NCBI RefSeq assembly: GCF_009914755.1
Contig: NC_060934.1
Origin: the human T2T-CHM13v2.0 reference genome, Homo sapiens
Length of the DNA: 64,000 nucleotides
Reading direction: 5' to 3' (one strand)
Part shown: one piece after another, positions 28,876 through 45,730 of the stretch
How positions within the stretch are numbered: position 1 is the first letter of the stretch
Layout of the letters: each line of letters opens with the position of its first letter
Translations under genes and position numbers: made by a program
The notes under the pieces: generated by a model
What the model was told of the DNA's origin: nothing
Database searches by the model: none
The model's input: the letters and a program-made list of their open reading frames with translations, nothing else

Positions 28876-31789
28876 CTGAGACCAACTCTTATCCTTCACG
28901 CTGTTAAGTAGCTCTGATCTTCAAGATTAGCCAGAAGGAATCTGTACACTCTGCAAGTGTTTCAGTGGCACTTTGTTTATACTGCTCATGGGGCATTTGA
29001 GTTCATTGCCTTAAATTGCAGGTAATTTGTTATAAATTTGCCTCCTCTAGAAAGTCACAGGTTTTGTAAGGGAAAGAACTGGGTCTTGTCTGTTGACCTA
29101 TCCTATAGGATATTTCCGTATTGGCAGCAGCTCATATTTCCATGTATTTTGTGCATCACTTGAGCAGAATTTGTCCCACTGAAATAATACCTACATGTCT
29201 TTTTAAATCAAATTAGTAATTCCTTGCTGAGGTTGATCTATATCAGTACAGTTAAACACTGGATAAGGGGTTCAACATAAAGATTACTTCCAATGTTGAC
29301 AGTCTAAGATTCTATAAAATTATTTGTGAGGGTGCAAGAAATGTGAAACTACCACATGTATAAGAATGTATAAGAATGGAGTGTACCACATGTGGTAGAA
29401 TGTGTAGTACGTGGTAGAATGTATGGCACACTGTTTGACACTACACTATGTGGTATATCATAAAAATGTGACACTACCACATGTAAAGAATGCTATGACC
29501 TGTGGTCTCAAAGGTTAAAAAGGTTTATATCTCACCCTTCTTCATATATTTTTTATTTCTTTCCCTTTCCATATTCTCTTATTTAAGTTTTTTCATAGAG
29601 AAAAGTATATTTTCTCTCCGTCTCCCCTCTCATTTTCAAGCCTGATACCTTAGGAAATTTTAAATTCTCTCTTCTTAGCTTTCAAATTAATTGTTTGTGT
29701 ATCTTCGCTCTGCTGTACTTTTCAGTTTCTCAGAGTTCAGACAACCACCATGAGACCTGCAGCTTTTGTGGCCCTGTTGGATCTAATCTAGGTAGGAGAG
29801 TCCACTATGGTTATCTGTGTCCAGACAGTTGCCAGATGGAACCAGAGTGACCATGACTGGGAATGCTTTCCCAAGTAGTGACAAAATGGCCTTTGTCCTT
29901 CTTGTCCATTTGATCCCCATCTTTAATCATTGTGCTCAGAGCTACTGCTCCCATTCAGAAAGTGGCTGCTCAAGGACAGCATATTTTTCCCAAAAGTACA
30001 CACTTTACATGCCTTAGCAGTGAGTGCTGAAGATAAGTGTTTTAAGAGTTCAGAGAGGTTTTATATGCAAGAAACTAATGCTTGAATGTGGATCAGTATA
30101 CATTATGAGTTTACTGTCTCCTAAAATACCTGTAAAATCTAGTCTTTGTAAAACAGTATGTTTGTCTTTTTTCTGATGATAATATGTTCCAGAAATTTTA
30201 TATCTTTTTTCATAAGAATTTTATAGCTGCTATTAATTGGTTTAGATGCAATACTATGAAACATGAAGGTGAATTCTTAGTGGTGATTATTTGGGATTGT
30301 GTTTCTAATAAGCTTCTATTTTCAGAGTTTTAATCGTATAATATACAAAAATCCTCTAGTATGAAGTCTTTTATATACTTAAAAATCTTACATTATGTGC
30401 CTTGTTTCAAAATGAAAGTGAATGTTGAACAAAAACTGAAATGGTATTAGAAGCATGGATTAATGGAATAATCCCAGTACAACTATAATAATGGCCACCT
30501 GTTTTTTTGTTACATCTATAATGTATTTCTATATTATTTTTTCAATATAAAATTTTGATCATTATTTGCATTTTTAAAATTTTTCCATTCTTTCATACTG
30601 GTTGGATGTATATTGGGATATTTCCCAAAGGATTTAACCCAGACAATTCATGTATGTTCAAAAGAAAACCTAGGCCCTCTTTTTGTTTCCCATCAAGTTA
30701 CTAACATGAACACTAATTTATGTTTGAAATCAAAGCAAACTTGTAAAATAACCTTTTAGTAAAGACCTCAGTGAGTAAGACAACTGTATAATCTCAATTT
30801 TAAAACTTCAATGTACACATTCCTTCTATTAAGAAAGAAAGAAATCCTTTCTATCAAAAAAAAGCAATAGCATATATTTAGTAGTCAGTGGGCTTTTTTG
30901 CATACTGTTAGCGGTATCGTGAATTCTCACAGGCATCCTAAAAGGCAACTGAATAATAAAATATATCTTCGAAGGCTTTAAAATATTCATATCCTTTTTT
31001 CAGTATAGTTTCATCTCTGGCAATCTACCCTAGCAAAATAACCAGTTGTGCATTCAAAGAACTTATAGGAGGACATTATTTATTATTGTGAAAGTATACA
31101 ATAATCTAAATTATACGTAGTAGGAGAATTATTAAATTATTTTACACCCTTAAGGTGGACTATTAGGCAGTTCTTAAAATTCACATGTTTCAAAGACATT
31201 TTAGGATACAGACACTAATCTTGAGCTAATGTCAGATAAAAGAAAGCAGAAACCAGGAGTTTCTATATAGTATAATTAAAAGTATATATGCTCTGCCTGT
31301 AGAGTGAAAAACTGCTACATAAAAATACCACAAAATACTGTAAACACCTATTCACAGGGACCAAGATAATTTTCCTTTCCTTTTCCCAATACATGTCTAT
31401 TACCAAAATTTCTAGATTGATTATGTAGTATTATGCTCAGAAAATACCATTTTCTTTGAAAATGCAGATTATATAATGTTTTAAATCTTTGATTTTTACT
31501 CATTTGAATGCATTTTTGGTATAGAGTTTATCTTTGGACTTGGTATTACATTTTTCTGATTTCTTATCACTTTTAAAAAATGAAAATAGCTTATTAATTT
31601 TTAAGTTATATCAGTAATAGCCATCACCATAATCAAGATATGGGATATTTTCATAACCCTCAAAATGTACTCTTTGTCCCTCTTTGCAATCCAACTGCTT
31701 CTCCCCTGTTCCAGGCAACTAATTATCTGTTCTCTGTCACTATGGAATTCTTTTGCCTTTGATAAAATTTTACATAAATATGATACACT

Positions 31790-32400
31790 GTATTAGCAAA
31801 ATGAAGAACAAAAACCATATGATCATCTCAGATGTAGAAAAAGCATTGACAAATTCAACATCCTTCACATTAAACACTCTCAACAAATTACAAATAGAAG
31901 GTACATATATGTACCTCAAAATAATAAAACCCATATATACAAGCCTACAGCTAACATTACAGTCAACTAGCTTTTCCCTAAGATCAGGAACAAGACAATA
32001 ATGCCCACTCTCACCATTGCTATCAACATAACACTGTTAATTTTAACCAGAGCAACTAGGCAAGAAAAAGAAATACAAGGCCTCCAAATCAAAATGAAAG
32101 AAGTTAGATTGCCAATGTTTGTAGAAAACATGATCTTATATAGAGAAAACCTAAAGACTTCACCAAAAACCTGTTAGAACTAATAAACCAATTCAGTAAT
32201 GCTGCAGGAGATAAAACTAACATACAAAAATTAGTGGTGTTTCTATACACTAAAAACAAACTATCTGAAAAAGAAATCAAGGAAACCATTCCACTTACAA
32301 GAGCATGAAAAATAAATTAAGATATTTAGAAATAAATTTAACCACAGAGCTGAAGGACTTGTAAACTGAAAATCATAAAACATTTATAAAAGAAATAGAG
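31790..32400 (+). mobile_element. old L1M ORF2 (RT region) fragment
   Basis: KNKNHMII..., SLRSGTRQ peptides. Confidence 0.75.
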
Positions 32401-33716
32401 ATAGTTTTAGCAGGACAATGTACCTAGGATTTCTCAGTCACCTTCTCCATACAGCAAACCTAAAGGGAAACTGGTTACATTCCCATTTTACCCAAACCTA
32501 TAATTTTGAATTGCCCCAAAGTAGCTACCATTAAGTTAGTAGGGAGGATTGGTGAAGCCCAGAAGCCAGTATATAGAAGATCATACTTTCCAGGCCTGCA
32601 AGCTATGTTTTGACAAAATATTTGATTATGTCTATTTACACATGGAATTTATCTAAGGAAAGTAGACCAGAAGCCAAATGCTTGAGGAAATTGTATGACA
32701 AAAAAAAATACTCGTTAAGTCTGGACTTTCTGATACATAGACTAGTTTGACCCATAATAGAACTCCTGAGACCCCAGTTCTGTACCAGCATGAGGTGGGC
32801 TACAAAAGCCATGCTGTCCTCAAGAAGGGCATATTCACCAGTGCCACTTCAGATATGGCCAAAGAGGATCACAAACAAGAAATGGCTTTCCAGAAGGCAA
32901 GCCAAATATCGAGATGACAGCAAAGGTGAGATTGCCTCCCAGAAAGCAGAATTAGTACTTGCCAAGTGAGCTGAGAACCCAAACACTGCCAGGATGTATG
33001 CTTTCACCATTCCTGCCCAGCAGGATTTGACAACTGGGTATTGCTGGGCCCAAGTCAGCTGGGTAATGCTCATTTTTCTCTTTCCAGTCTTGGAGTTTTC
33101 CATGCAATTTTATGGTTCCCACTTCAGACCTAAAGAGTGGGTTGTTTGGAGAGTAGAGATAACTTATGTTTTAGTTTCTAGTTTGCCATATGGCAGGGAC
33201 CCCATCCCTGTTGGTTGAAGAGAACTGAGCAATACCCTCCATCTTGAATTTTGAGTTAGATGTAGCAATTCTGTGAGACTTAGAGGTTATGCTTCTTGGA
33301 GAATATTCTATAAATGGGAAAACTGTTCCATGTTGTGTTCATGGATAGTCAATGAATAGACTGTGATGGAAAATGCTAGTTGTCTCTCAGTATTCATGCC
33401 CACATCTCTCTCATGCATATGGAATCTCCAGTTCTTAGTTGAGCATATAGGCACTCAGAATAAAGATCACAGTTCCCAGACTCTTTCTGAAGCCACATAA
33501 CTTAAGTCTGCGCCAATGGAATATGAGCAGAGGTAATGTGTAAAAATTTCTAGTTATTCACCTAGGCAAGGGGAATGTTCTTCCCCTCACCACTCTCCCG
33601 TCCCACTGGATGGAATATGGACGTGATGGCAAGTTGTTTCAGAAATGCCCTAAAGATGGTGGAGCAACGTTACAGAAAGAATCTGGGTCCCTGAAAGGGT
33701 GAAGATACTAAACCAG

Positions 33717-34290
33717 TGTGATGGATGATTTTAGGTGTCAACTTGACTGGATTCAGAGATACCTAGATATCTGGTAAAGTATTCATTTCTTGATGTGCCT
33801 GTGAGGGTGCTTCTGAAGGATATTGGTGTGTGAGTAGGTGGATTGAGTGGGAAAGATCCACCCTCAATGTGGTAGGCGCCATCTTATTGGCTGAGGGCCT
33901 AGATGCAATGAAAAGCTGAGAAAGGGAAAATTTCTCTCTCTTTCCGTGTGTGTGTGTGTGTGTGTGTGTGTCTATCTACCTCTCCCCCTCCTGGAACTGG
34001 AACACCCTTATTCTCCTGCCCTTGGATATCAGAACTTCAGGTTCTCAGCCCTTCAGCCTCAAATTGAGAGTTAGGCCATTGGCTTCCCTGGTTCTAAAGA
34101 TTTCAAACTTGGACTAAGCCACACTACCAACTTCTCTTGTTCTTCAGCTTACACCATAGGACTTCTCAGCCTCCATAATCACATGAGCTAATTCCCCTAG
34201 TAAGTCCCTCTCACATATCTGTATCTATATTCATCTTTATTTCTCTATTTCCTATTGGTTCTGTTTTTCTGGAGAACCCTGACTAATACA
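33717..34290 (+). mobile_element. MLT2 (ERVL) solo LTR with internal (GT)n, nested in an MLT1-like element
   Basis: TGTGATGG...GTGTCAACTTGACTGG start and CTGGAGAACCCTGACTAATACA end; ACCAG/AACAG near-TSD; strand convention uncertain. Confidence 0.85.
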
Positions 34291-34864
34291 AACAGCTTTT
34301 CACTGCATATGCTCAGACTGTCAATTGAAGAAACAAATTTACTATTTTGTGTCTTTGTTGAAGCAGCCAAACTTATATCTAACCAATGCACCACAATAAG
34401 GAGTTTATTCATCTTAAAGGCAGCATGATGTTTTAGGCAGTACTTGGACTAGATAATTTATTGGAATATTTTAGTTCTAATATTAGATATAGTTACAATG
34501 TTAATATCATCAAATTGAAACCATTAAATCTCAGATTTCTGGAATGCGAATAAGTGAACCCATCATCCAAAGCTTACATTATTTTACTCCCTCTGGCGAC
34601 TGGAAACATGGATAGGAATTGTGATGAAGAACTTCAACCACCAGTAACCAAGTTACACCTCACACAGTTATAAATAAAGTTAAAATCTTATCAAAACAAT
34701 AAATCTTCAATATTTTATTAAACAAATATTGTGACCTCTTTTAAATATATGTTATACACACCCCCTTTCAAATTTTAGTTTTGCTAATTTGAGGCTCCAA
34801 GGTGGACCCTCCCACCGCCCCCCGCTGAGGATCATGAGATCTGGCTCCCTACCTGATTGTTGCA

Positions 34865-34918
34865 AGACTTTCACCTACACTACCTTGAGTACGAGACTTT
34901 CACCTACACTACCTCGAG
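34865..34918. repeat. two-copy tandem repeat, 29-nt period, in the ACSM6 upstream region
   Basis: AGACTTTCACCTACACTACCT(T/C)GAG at 34865-34889 and 34894-34918. Confidence 0.9.
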
Positions 34919-35336
34919 AGGCAATCCCTAGAGGGCCTTCGATGTGCCTATTTATTTAAAAAAAAAAAAAAAAAAAAAAGGCCTGTCATCTCAGTGGGTT
35001 AAAGAGGCAGGGTGTGGTTACCTCACCTGGCTGATGAGCAACCCCCTTCTCCCTTTCTGCAGTGCAGGATTTTGTAAGCAACAAAATCTTATTTAAACTC
35101 TGTGTCCATCATCTTTTCACCACACTTGGCACAGTAGTCTGTGACCTATTTCTCCTGACATCATATCAGAAAGCAAGGCACACCTGTTGCTTCAACTTAG
35201 CTCACAGCCCATAGATTTTATCTCCCAGAAGCAAAAGAGATTGCCTTTTAGGCTTGAGAGCCAATGAAAGTGAGCCAGGACTTAGTTTGTGCTGGCACCA
35301 AGGAAATGCCTTTTTCCCCAGAGCCGGCAACTAAAC

Positions 35337-35432
35337 TATAAGAGGTAAGCAGTTCTCAGAGGAGACAGAAGGCAACAGCTCTACCATCCTCCAAACATCT
35401 GAAGCCCCCCATAGAAACTCCTCTTGGAATTG
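35337..35432 (+). promoter_or_regulatory. ACSM6: ACSM6 TATA-like box and probable non-coding exon 1
   Basis: TATAAGA at 35337-35343; strong donor TTG|GTAAGT at 35432/35433, 161 nt before the exon 2 acceptor. Confidence 0.6.
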
Positions 35433-35614
35433 GTAAGTATCTGTGCTCATGGGCTTCTTCTCCAATGATCTGACTGTTGCTTGTACTCATAAGGAAATTG
35501 TTTGCCTTATGGATTCATTCTCAGCACTACAATCTCAGTGATTATCCCTCTGAGCTGCTCAATTACTCCCTGTCTTTTCCTCAATTTACCTAGGTGGTTC
35601 CCTGTCTGACCCAA

Positions 35615-35806
35615 ATGCTAGGCCGATTTCAACCCTTCTCCTTGGTCCGGAGTTTCAGACTGGGATTTGGAGCCTGCTGCTATCCAAACCAAAAATGTGC
35701 TACTCAGACCATCAGACCCCCTGACTCCAGGAGCCTAGTCCAAGCAGTTTCTCAGAACTTTAATTTTGCAAAGGATGTGTTGGATCAGTGGTCCCAGCTG
35801 GAAAAG
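35615..35806 (+). CDS. ACSM6: ACSM6 first coding exon (exon starts 35594; MLGRFQPFSLVRSFRLGF...DQWSQLEK)
   Basis: tag|GTG acceptor, ATG 35615, AAG|gtaaaa donor, 192 nt; Arg-rich mitochondrial-type leader and ACSM FNFAKDVLDQW motif. Confidence 0.95.
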
Positions 35807-38327
35807 GTAAAACTTGTTGTTTTCTACCTTGGAAACTTTGGCCATGGCCAATTGGTAAAGCGTCCAAAGATCATGAGATTCAAATCCCATCTATGGCTGG
35901 CACTAGAAAGTGCAAATTCAGAGAAAAGAAATTATAGCAAAATGACTAAGAACATAGGCTTGACAGCCAGATGGTTCTACATTGAAATCCTGGCTCTGCT
36001 GCTAAATAACCATGCAAACTTGGACAAGTTATTTGCCTTCTAGGACCTTAGTTTTGTTATCAGTAAAATTGAGATATTAATGGTGTGTTTTTCACAGTGT
36101 TGTTGAGAAGATTAAATGAGACAATCAATAAAAAGTGTTTAGCACAGGACTCAACACCCTGAAAACACTCAATAAAAGTTAGCTTTTATTATCACTAGTA
36201 ATATTATTGTCACATAGATATGATTCTAATTAACCAACATTTTTGAGCATCTTCTAGCACATACAAAATTTTAGAAGCCAAACACTAAAGGAACTTACTG
36301 CGTAGTGTTTTTCTTTAAAGCAAATGATAGCCACAAAGTGCTGAAAAAGAAGTGCCAAAGGAAATAAGTATAAGTATGCCTCTGGATAATGGAATTTAGA
36401 AAGATTTGATAAAGGAGGTGGTATTTACTGCATCCTGAAGAATGAGAAGAATTTCAACAAAAAGACAAGGGAAAGACTGTCTAGGCAGGAACAACCACAT
36501 GAATAGAGACATCATGGAAAGAAGGAAGAGTATTCAGGAACAGTTTGGCTAGGTATAGGGTCAGAGGGAAGAGTATTGAGTTATGAGGAGAAAACAGGCA
36601 GGAAGCAGTCTAATTTTGAAAGGCCCTGCTGTGTGGAGTGGACTTGCTTACTCTCTGGCTAGGTAACTCTGGAGCAAGTCATTTTAACTCTCTGAGCCTC
36701 ATTTCCTCCCTCTGTCAAGTGGGGCTGGTGGTGCCCGCAGGAGAATCCAGTGCGTGTGGAGAGTGAGCAGCGAGAGTTATTTGCATGTGTAATATCTGAT
36801 TGCCCCTCTATTCTCCTCCCCTCCCCAGGCCCCTTCCTGGCCCTCCCCACCTTCATCACCCGCTTTGGGAGGAGTAAGGAAAGTGGACAAAACAGTAATT
36901 CATTGTCTTTGTGCAAAATATACTTACTGCCTTTGGTGCATCATCTAGGGTTAGATAAGAGGGAAGACTTCTGTTTAGGAGACTTAATTTTTACCCATTT
37001 GGGCCAAAGAACAAAAATTCTGTAGAGCAAGGATTGTGAAAGCTCCTTGAAAAGGTTTGAGGCATGTATCCTGAAGGACTTTGGGGTGCTTTCATCTTTG
37101 CTGAGCTGTGCCCCCTCTTGGGGTGCCCTCCCCTCCCCACCCATTCTGCCTTCCCAGCCCAGCCTGTGCTGCTTTCTCTCTCCTCTGCTTTTCTTAGCTT
37201 GTGTTCTACCACCAGGCACTATGTGTGAGTCCTGGGTCCCAGTAAGATTCTAGGGCTAGCGTTGTGCCTTTTATCTCTTTGTGCCCGCATGGCATCTGGC
37301 ACCATGCAGAGCCTTGTTCCTTTGCTCAGCTCTTGATTAAGCATATGGATTACAGACAAAGGCCCAGCTGGGACCTACCCAGCAGAAGCTTCCAGGCTGG
37401 GAGGCAAGACAGATGAGCAGTGATTGGGTGCCAAGGAATTCAGAGGGCTGCAGCTGTGAGCAAAGGCTTGGGCTCCAAAAGCCACACAGTCAGCCCAACT
37501 AAACATTGGTTGTCTGAAGTCACTTGGGGCATCAATCACAGGTGCCCAAAACGTCAGTCAGCAGGAACTTTACAAATCATCTGCTCCAACCCTTTATCAT
37601 TTAAGAGCACTTCATCATAGAATTGTTAGAAAATACTGGTAAACATGAAAAAATTTTAATATGGAATATTACCCAAAGATAACCACTGGTAATTTTCATA
37701 TATATTTCTTTTCTACTGATTTTTATAGATCATCCGATTTCACAAAAGTGGAGTCATTCTATATATAACTATTTGTAACCTGGAATCACACTTGTTACTT
37801 GACTTGTTACTTGCTGTTTTTCTCCTCCAAACACTATGCTGTGAAAGCACTATGCTGTGGAAATAACATGATGTAGAAACAATGCACTGTAGAAATAATA
37901 TAATGTGGAAACAATATGATGTGGAAACTACCTTTCAACACCAATAAATATTCTACTTAATACTTTAATATCTCTATGTTTATAAAGTATTTCATTGAGT
38001 GTTGAACCAAGATGTATTTATTCTTTATTGTTACCCCTCTAAGTAGTTTACAAGTTTTTTTTTGCTATTGTAAGCAAGGCTGAAATGAATATCTTTGTGT
38101 ATCTATATTCTTTTCTTCATTTACATTACCAGAAGTGAAATTACTCCATCAAATGCACTACACGAGCATTTGGAAAATACATTTCTGGATTGCCTTCTAC
38201 AAAAAAGTGCCAATTCCCACACTCAATGGCATCGTGTGGTAGGGTGTGTTTCTTCATACATACATAAACTCTTGGTATTTTCATTGTTTTTCATTTGTAC
38301 TAGTCTGTTCATCAGTAAATTCTATCA

Positions 38328-39356
38328 TGAAGGGGTGGCCTGCCTCTCCACATCTGTGGGTATTTCTAGTCGGGTGGGACGAGAGACTGAGAAAAGAATT
38401 AAGACACAGAGACAAAGTATAGAGAAACAACAGTGGGCCCAGGGGACCAGCACTCAGCATACCAAGGACCTGCACCGGCACCGGTCTCTGAGTTCCCTCA
38501 GTTTTTATTGATTATTATCTTCATTATTTCAGCAAAAAGGAATGTAGTAGGAGAGCAGGGTGATAATAAGGAGAAGGTCAGCAACAAACATGTGAGCAAT
38601 AGAATCCATGTCATAATTAAGTCAAGGGAAGGTACTATGACTGGACATGCACATAAGCCAGATTTATGTTTCTCTCCACCCAAACATCTCAGTGGAGTAA
38701 AGAATAACAAGGCAGCATTGCTGCAAACATGTCTCACCTCCCACCATAGGGCGGTTTTTCTCTCATCTCAGAATTGAACAAATGTACAATCGGGTTTTAT
38801 ACCGAGACATTCAGTTCCCAGGAGCAGGCAGGAGACAGTGGCCTTCCTCTATCTCAACTGCAAGAGGCTTTCCTCTTTTACTAATCCACCTCAGCACAGA
38901 CCCTTTACGGGTGTCGGGCTGGGGGACAGTCAGGTCTTTCTCATCCCACGAGGCCATATTTCAGACTATCACATGGGGAGAAACCTTGGACGATACCCAG
39001 CTTTCAAGGGCAGAAGTCCCTGCGGCTTTCCGCAGTGCACTGTGCCCCTGGTTTATTGAGACTAGAGAATGGCGATGACTTTTACCAAGTATACTGCTTG
39101 TAAACATTTTGTTAACAAGGCACGTCCTGCACAACCCTAGATCCCTTAAACCTTGATTTCATACAACACATGTTTTTGTGAGCTCCAGGTTGGGTCAAAG
39201 TAGCTGGGGCAAAGTGGCTGGGGCAAAGCTACAAATTAACAACATCTCAGCAAAGCAATTGTCTAAAGTACAGGTCTTTTCCAAAATGGAGTCTCTTATG
39301 TCCTCCCTTTCTACATAGACACAGTAACAGTCTGATCTCTCTTTCTTTTCCCTACA
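38328..39356 (-). mobile_element. HERV-K(HML-2) solo LTR, LTR5A-like, antisense in ACSM6 intron 2
   Basis: minus strand begins TGTAGGGAAAAGAAAGAGAGATCAGACTG and ends GGCCACCCCTTCA; 1029 nt; TATCA target-site duplication on both sides. Confidence 0.92.
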
Positions 39357-39501
39357 TATCACCCTAAAAAAAAAACCAGGAAGCCAAAGAATTTGGACCT
39401 GATGTGATGGGCTGTGGCAAACCACTAAAGGTGCTTGAGTGATGTGAGCAGAGTTCTTACTTGGGTCGCACAAAGATATTATAGAACAAAAATGAAAATT
39501 A

Positions 39502-39853
<352 letters not shown>

Positions 39854-39989
39854 TCAAAATGTGGTTGACAAGAAAATAAAAATTAATGGCAGGGGAGAGA
39901 TATAGTTGTGTTTGTTGTTATTGGTCATGGGAGGAGAAGGGGTTGGGGAAGGCCCATCCCATCCCTGCCAATTCTCATTGTTATAATAA

Positions 39990-41780
<1,791 letters not shown>

Positions 41781-42324
41781 CTCTAAACAGGTCAGAACAA
41801 AGTAGCAATTCTATGGGCTGCTCCAGGGTGGATGAGAAAAAGAGAAGAAAGGCAAGAGAAAGAGATAAAAGGAGGAAGAAAGTTGTAAAGGAAGAAAGAA
41901 GTTAAGTTCAGAAGGTAGGAGGGAAGGAAAGGAGGGATGGGGAAAGAGGCGAGAGATGGGGGAAAGAGATGAGAGAGAGAGAGGACAGAAAGGAGGAAAA
42001 AAGGAATAAAGGAGGGAAAGAAGGAAAAAAGGGAGAAAAGAGCCTTCCTTCCCTCCATCCTCAGGGAGAGAAGAGGACAAACCCGTGTTGTTAAGGAGGA
42101 GAAGGCTCAGCTAGAATGGAAATGCTTTGAAAGTTCTAGGTAACTTCATCCATGCATTCACTAAGAGGTATTGGAAATTAAATTCTTTCCCCTTCAAAAC
42201 TCGTCCCACTGAAAAATAAGTTGCATTGGAAGACAGGTATATTTGAAGGCAGGAATAGAATCCTATGCGCTAGGAGGAGGGCACTCTTCTCTACTTACAG
42301 GATCATGCCCTGAGAAATCTTTTC

Positions 42325-42845
42325 TTAAAAAAATTTAGACTCAGGAGGTGCATGTGCAGGTTTGTTGCATGTATAGATGGCACAATGGTGAGGCTTGAGC
42401 TTCTAGTGTACTCATCACCCAAACAGTGACCATAGTACCAAATAGGTAATTTTGCAAACTTCACTCCCCTCCAGCCTCCCCAATGTCTATTATTTGCATC
42501 TTTATGTCCATATGTACCCACTGTTTAACTCCCACTTATAAGTGAAAACAGGCAGTATTTGATTTTCTGTTTCTGAATTATTTCCCATAGGATAATGGCC
42601 TTCAGCTCCATCCATGTTGCTGCAAAAGACAGGATTTCATTCTTTTCCATGGCTGAGTAATATTCCATGTTGTATGTATACCACATTGTCTTTATCCAAT
42701 CATCCACTGATGGACCCTTAGGTTGATTCCATCACTTTGCTATTGTGAATAGAGTGCTACCATAAACACATGAATGCAGGTGTCTTTTTTATATAATGAT
42801 TTCTTTTCTTTTGGGTAGACACCCAGTAGTGGGATTTATGCCCAG
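42325..42845 (-). mobile_element. old L1P/L1MA 3' end
   Basis: antisense 3'UTR; MDDWIKTMWYTYNMEYYSA peptide. Confidence 0.85.
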
Positions 42846-43134
42846 AGAAATCTCTGCCATCCTGGGCAGGGCTGGTTTCACGTTACATGCTGAGTTCTCT
42901 CAGGAGGTTCTTCCCTAGGCTCATGCCTGACATTATGTTGAAACCTACCAGTACTGCCATGTCAGTAAACAGTAAATATTTCTGTGCCAGTTGAGAAACA
43001 GTAGCTCCCCCTAAGCCCAGGCATCCTAGCCTCTCAAGATCTAGCCACTTGAGGGTGCTGTCTGGCAACAGTGGCCTCCCATAGCCAATGTCCATGCTGA
43101 CTAATATTCATATTTTAAACATCACCCTGCCTAG

Positions 43135-43345
43135 GACGGACTCAGAGGGCCTTACCCCGCCCTCTGGAAGGTTAGTGCCAAAGGAGAAGAGGACAAATGG
43201 AGCTTTGAAAGGATGACTCAACTCTCCAAGAAGGCCGCCAGCATCCTCTCAGACACCTGTGCCCTTAGCCATGGAGACCGGCTGATGATAATCTTGCCCC
43301 CAACACCTGAAGCCTACTGGATCTGCCTGGCCTGTGTGCGCTTGG
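43135..43345 (+). CDS. ACSM6: ACSM6 coding exon (DGLRGPYPALW...WICLACVRL)
   Basis: tag|GAC ... G|gtgagg, 211 nt, phase 0 to 1. Confidence 0.95.
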
Positions 43346-43758
43346 GTGAGGCATGGGAGACGGACCCCAGGGGTTGGAGGCTTATGTGAATCCCAGCCTC
43401 AGTTATTCACAGAATGGAGATGTTAGAGGGATCTCTATCTGATGCCTGAATTCTTCCCACAGTGTGGGGGATCTTTAAACAGGCCTAGATTTGAACCCAG
43501 CTCCACCACTTACCACCTCTGTAAATTATGCCTCTCTGAATCTCAGTTTCCTTGTCTATTAAATATGGACAGTAATAGTCCATATTTATAGAACTGTTAC
43601 GGTCCAGTCTTACAGAACTGTTGTGAAGAGTAAATAATCCACAGAGCGCTTAGCTCATAGGCTGTTTATCACCTCAAGGAACTGTAGACCTCTGTCCTAA
43701 CATAGTCATCATCAAAACAACAGACAGAGCATGCACATCTTGCCCTCTCTGGGCCTCA

Positions 43759-44130
<372 letters not shown>

Positions 44131-44149
44131 CTAAAGCGTCCTCTACCTC

Positions 44150-44636
44150 AGTCTGTGACATGTTAGGAACTAGGCTGCACAGCAGGAGATGCGCAGAGGG
44201 CAAGTGAGTGAAGCTTCATCTGTATTTACAGCCACTCCCCATTGCTTGCATTACCACCTGAGCTCTGCCTCCTGTCAGATCAGAGGTGGCATTAGATTCT
44301 CATAGGAGCGCAAATCCTATTGTGAACTGTGCATGCAAGGAATCTGGGTTGTGCACCCCACATGAGAATTTAATGCCTGATCATCTGCCACTGTCTCCCA
44401 TCACTCCCAGATGGGACTCTCTAGTTGCAGAAAAGCAAGCTCAGGGCTCCCATTGACTCTACATTATGATGAGTTGTATAATTATTTCAATATATATTAC
44501 AATGTAATAATAATAGAAATAAAGTGCACAATAAATGTAATGCACTCGAATCATCCCAAAACCATCCTCTTGCCCCAGTCTGTGGAAAAATTGTCTCCCA
44601 CAAAACCCAGGTGCCAAGAAGGTTGGGGACCACTGC
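44150..44636 (+). mobile_element. MER1A-like hAT-Charlie non-autonomous DNA transposon
   Basis: TGTTAGGAAC..GCACAGCAGGAG...GAAGCTTCATCTGTATTTACAGCC ... AAGGTTGGGGACCACTG. Confidence 0.8.
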
Positions 44637-45421
44637 TCTTCATCCAGTATTAGAGAGTCCTTGAGAGTCACCCTGAATGAGCTTGGGATCAGCCAGAATA
44701 GAGCTGCTCTTTGTGGATATCCCATCCATGCCCCTGAGGCTCAATCCTCCAACATAAACAGGAAATGCCTCAATCAAGAGCCCCTTCACATGTGAGAAGT
44801 GAAGGATACTGGAAAGGAGCCCACCCCCAATATCATTCCTCTTTATCTGCTATAGTACCTGACTTTCTATTCTTAGGATACAGGCATATATTTTTTGGTA
44901 GTTGGAAGGTGCGTATGAAAAACAAAGTACCCCTGAGATGGGCCAAACTCATTAGGAGTTGCCACAACTGGCCTACTGCCTTTGCCTGCTAACAGGGATG
45001 CTAGATTTAAAAAAAAAAAAAAAAAAAAAAAACTGAAAAGTGATTCAAAGAGCAGGTGTCTTTGAGAATGCCAGCTGTCAGTTATGGGGAGCATACAGAA
45101 GAGAGGAAGGGAGTGAACCCTACCCTCAGGCCTATCCAGGCTCCCAGTGTTTCCCCAGTTCCCAATGGACTGAGTTATCCTGAGGGACAATTGATCCATG
45201 TCTGAGAAAGGACAGGGACCACTTCAGTCTGGGTCACCAGAAATTCTTCCTACCTGAGGCCAAGTTACGCAGAGTGATTTCCTTAGCCACATACCAGTCC
45301 AAAGCAGGGCTATCATTTTCACTCACAATAATTAAAATTGCTTATTGATGGTATAAGGCAAAATGAATGAAAACAAAATCGAAAACTCAGAACAGACCAA
45401 AGTATATGTAAGAATTTATCA

Positions 45422-45730
<309 letters not shown>

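Noticed and set aside
35807-36043. Extension of the 149-aa ORF beyond the exon 2 donor
   Set aside because: Intronic read-through into MIR-like sequence; ACSM homology resumes at 43135.
37830-37930. ~16-nt imperfect repeats (ATGATGTGGAAACA-like); similar short array at 29340-29490
   Set aside because: Degenerate minisatellites without unique spacers; not CRISPR-like and no evident function.
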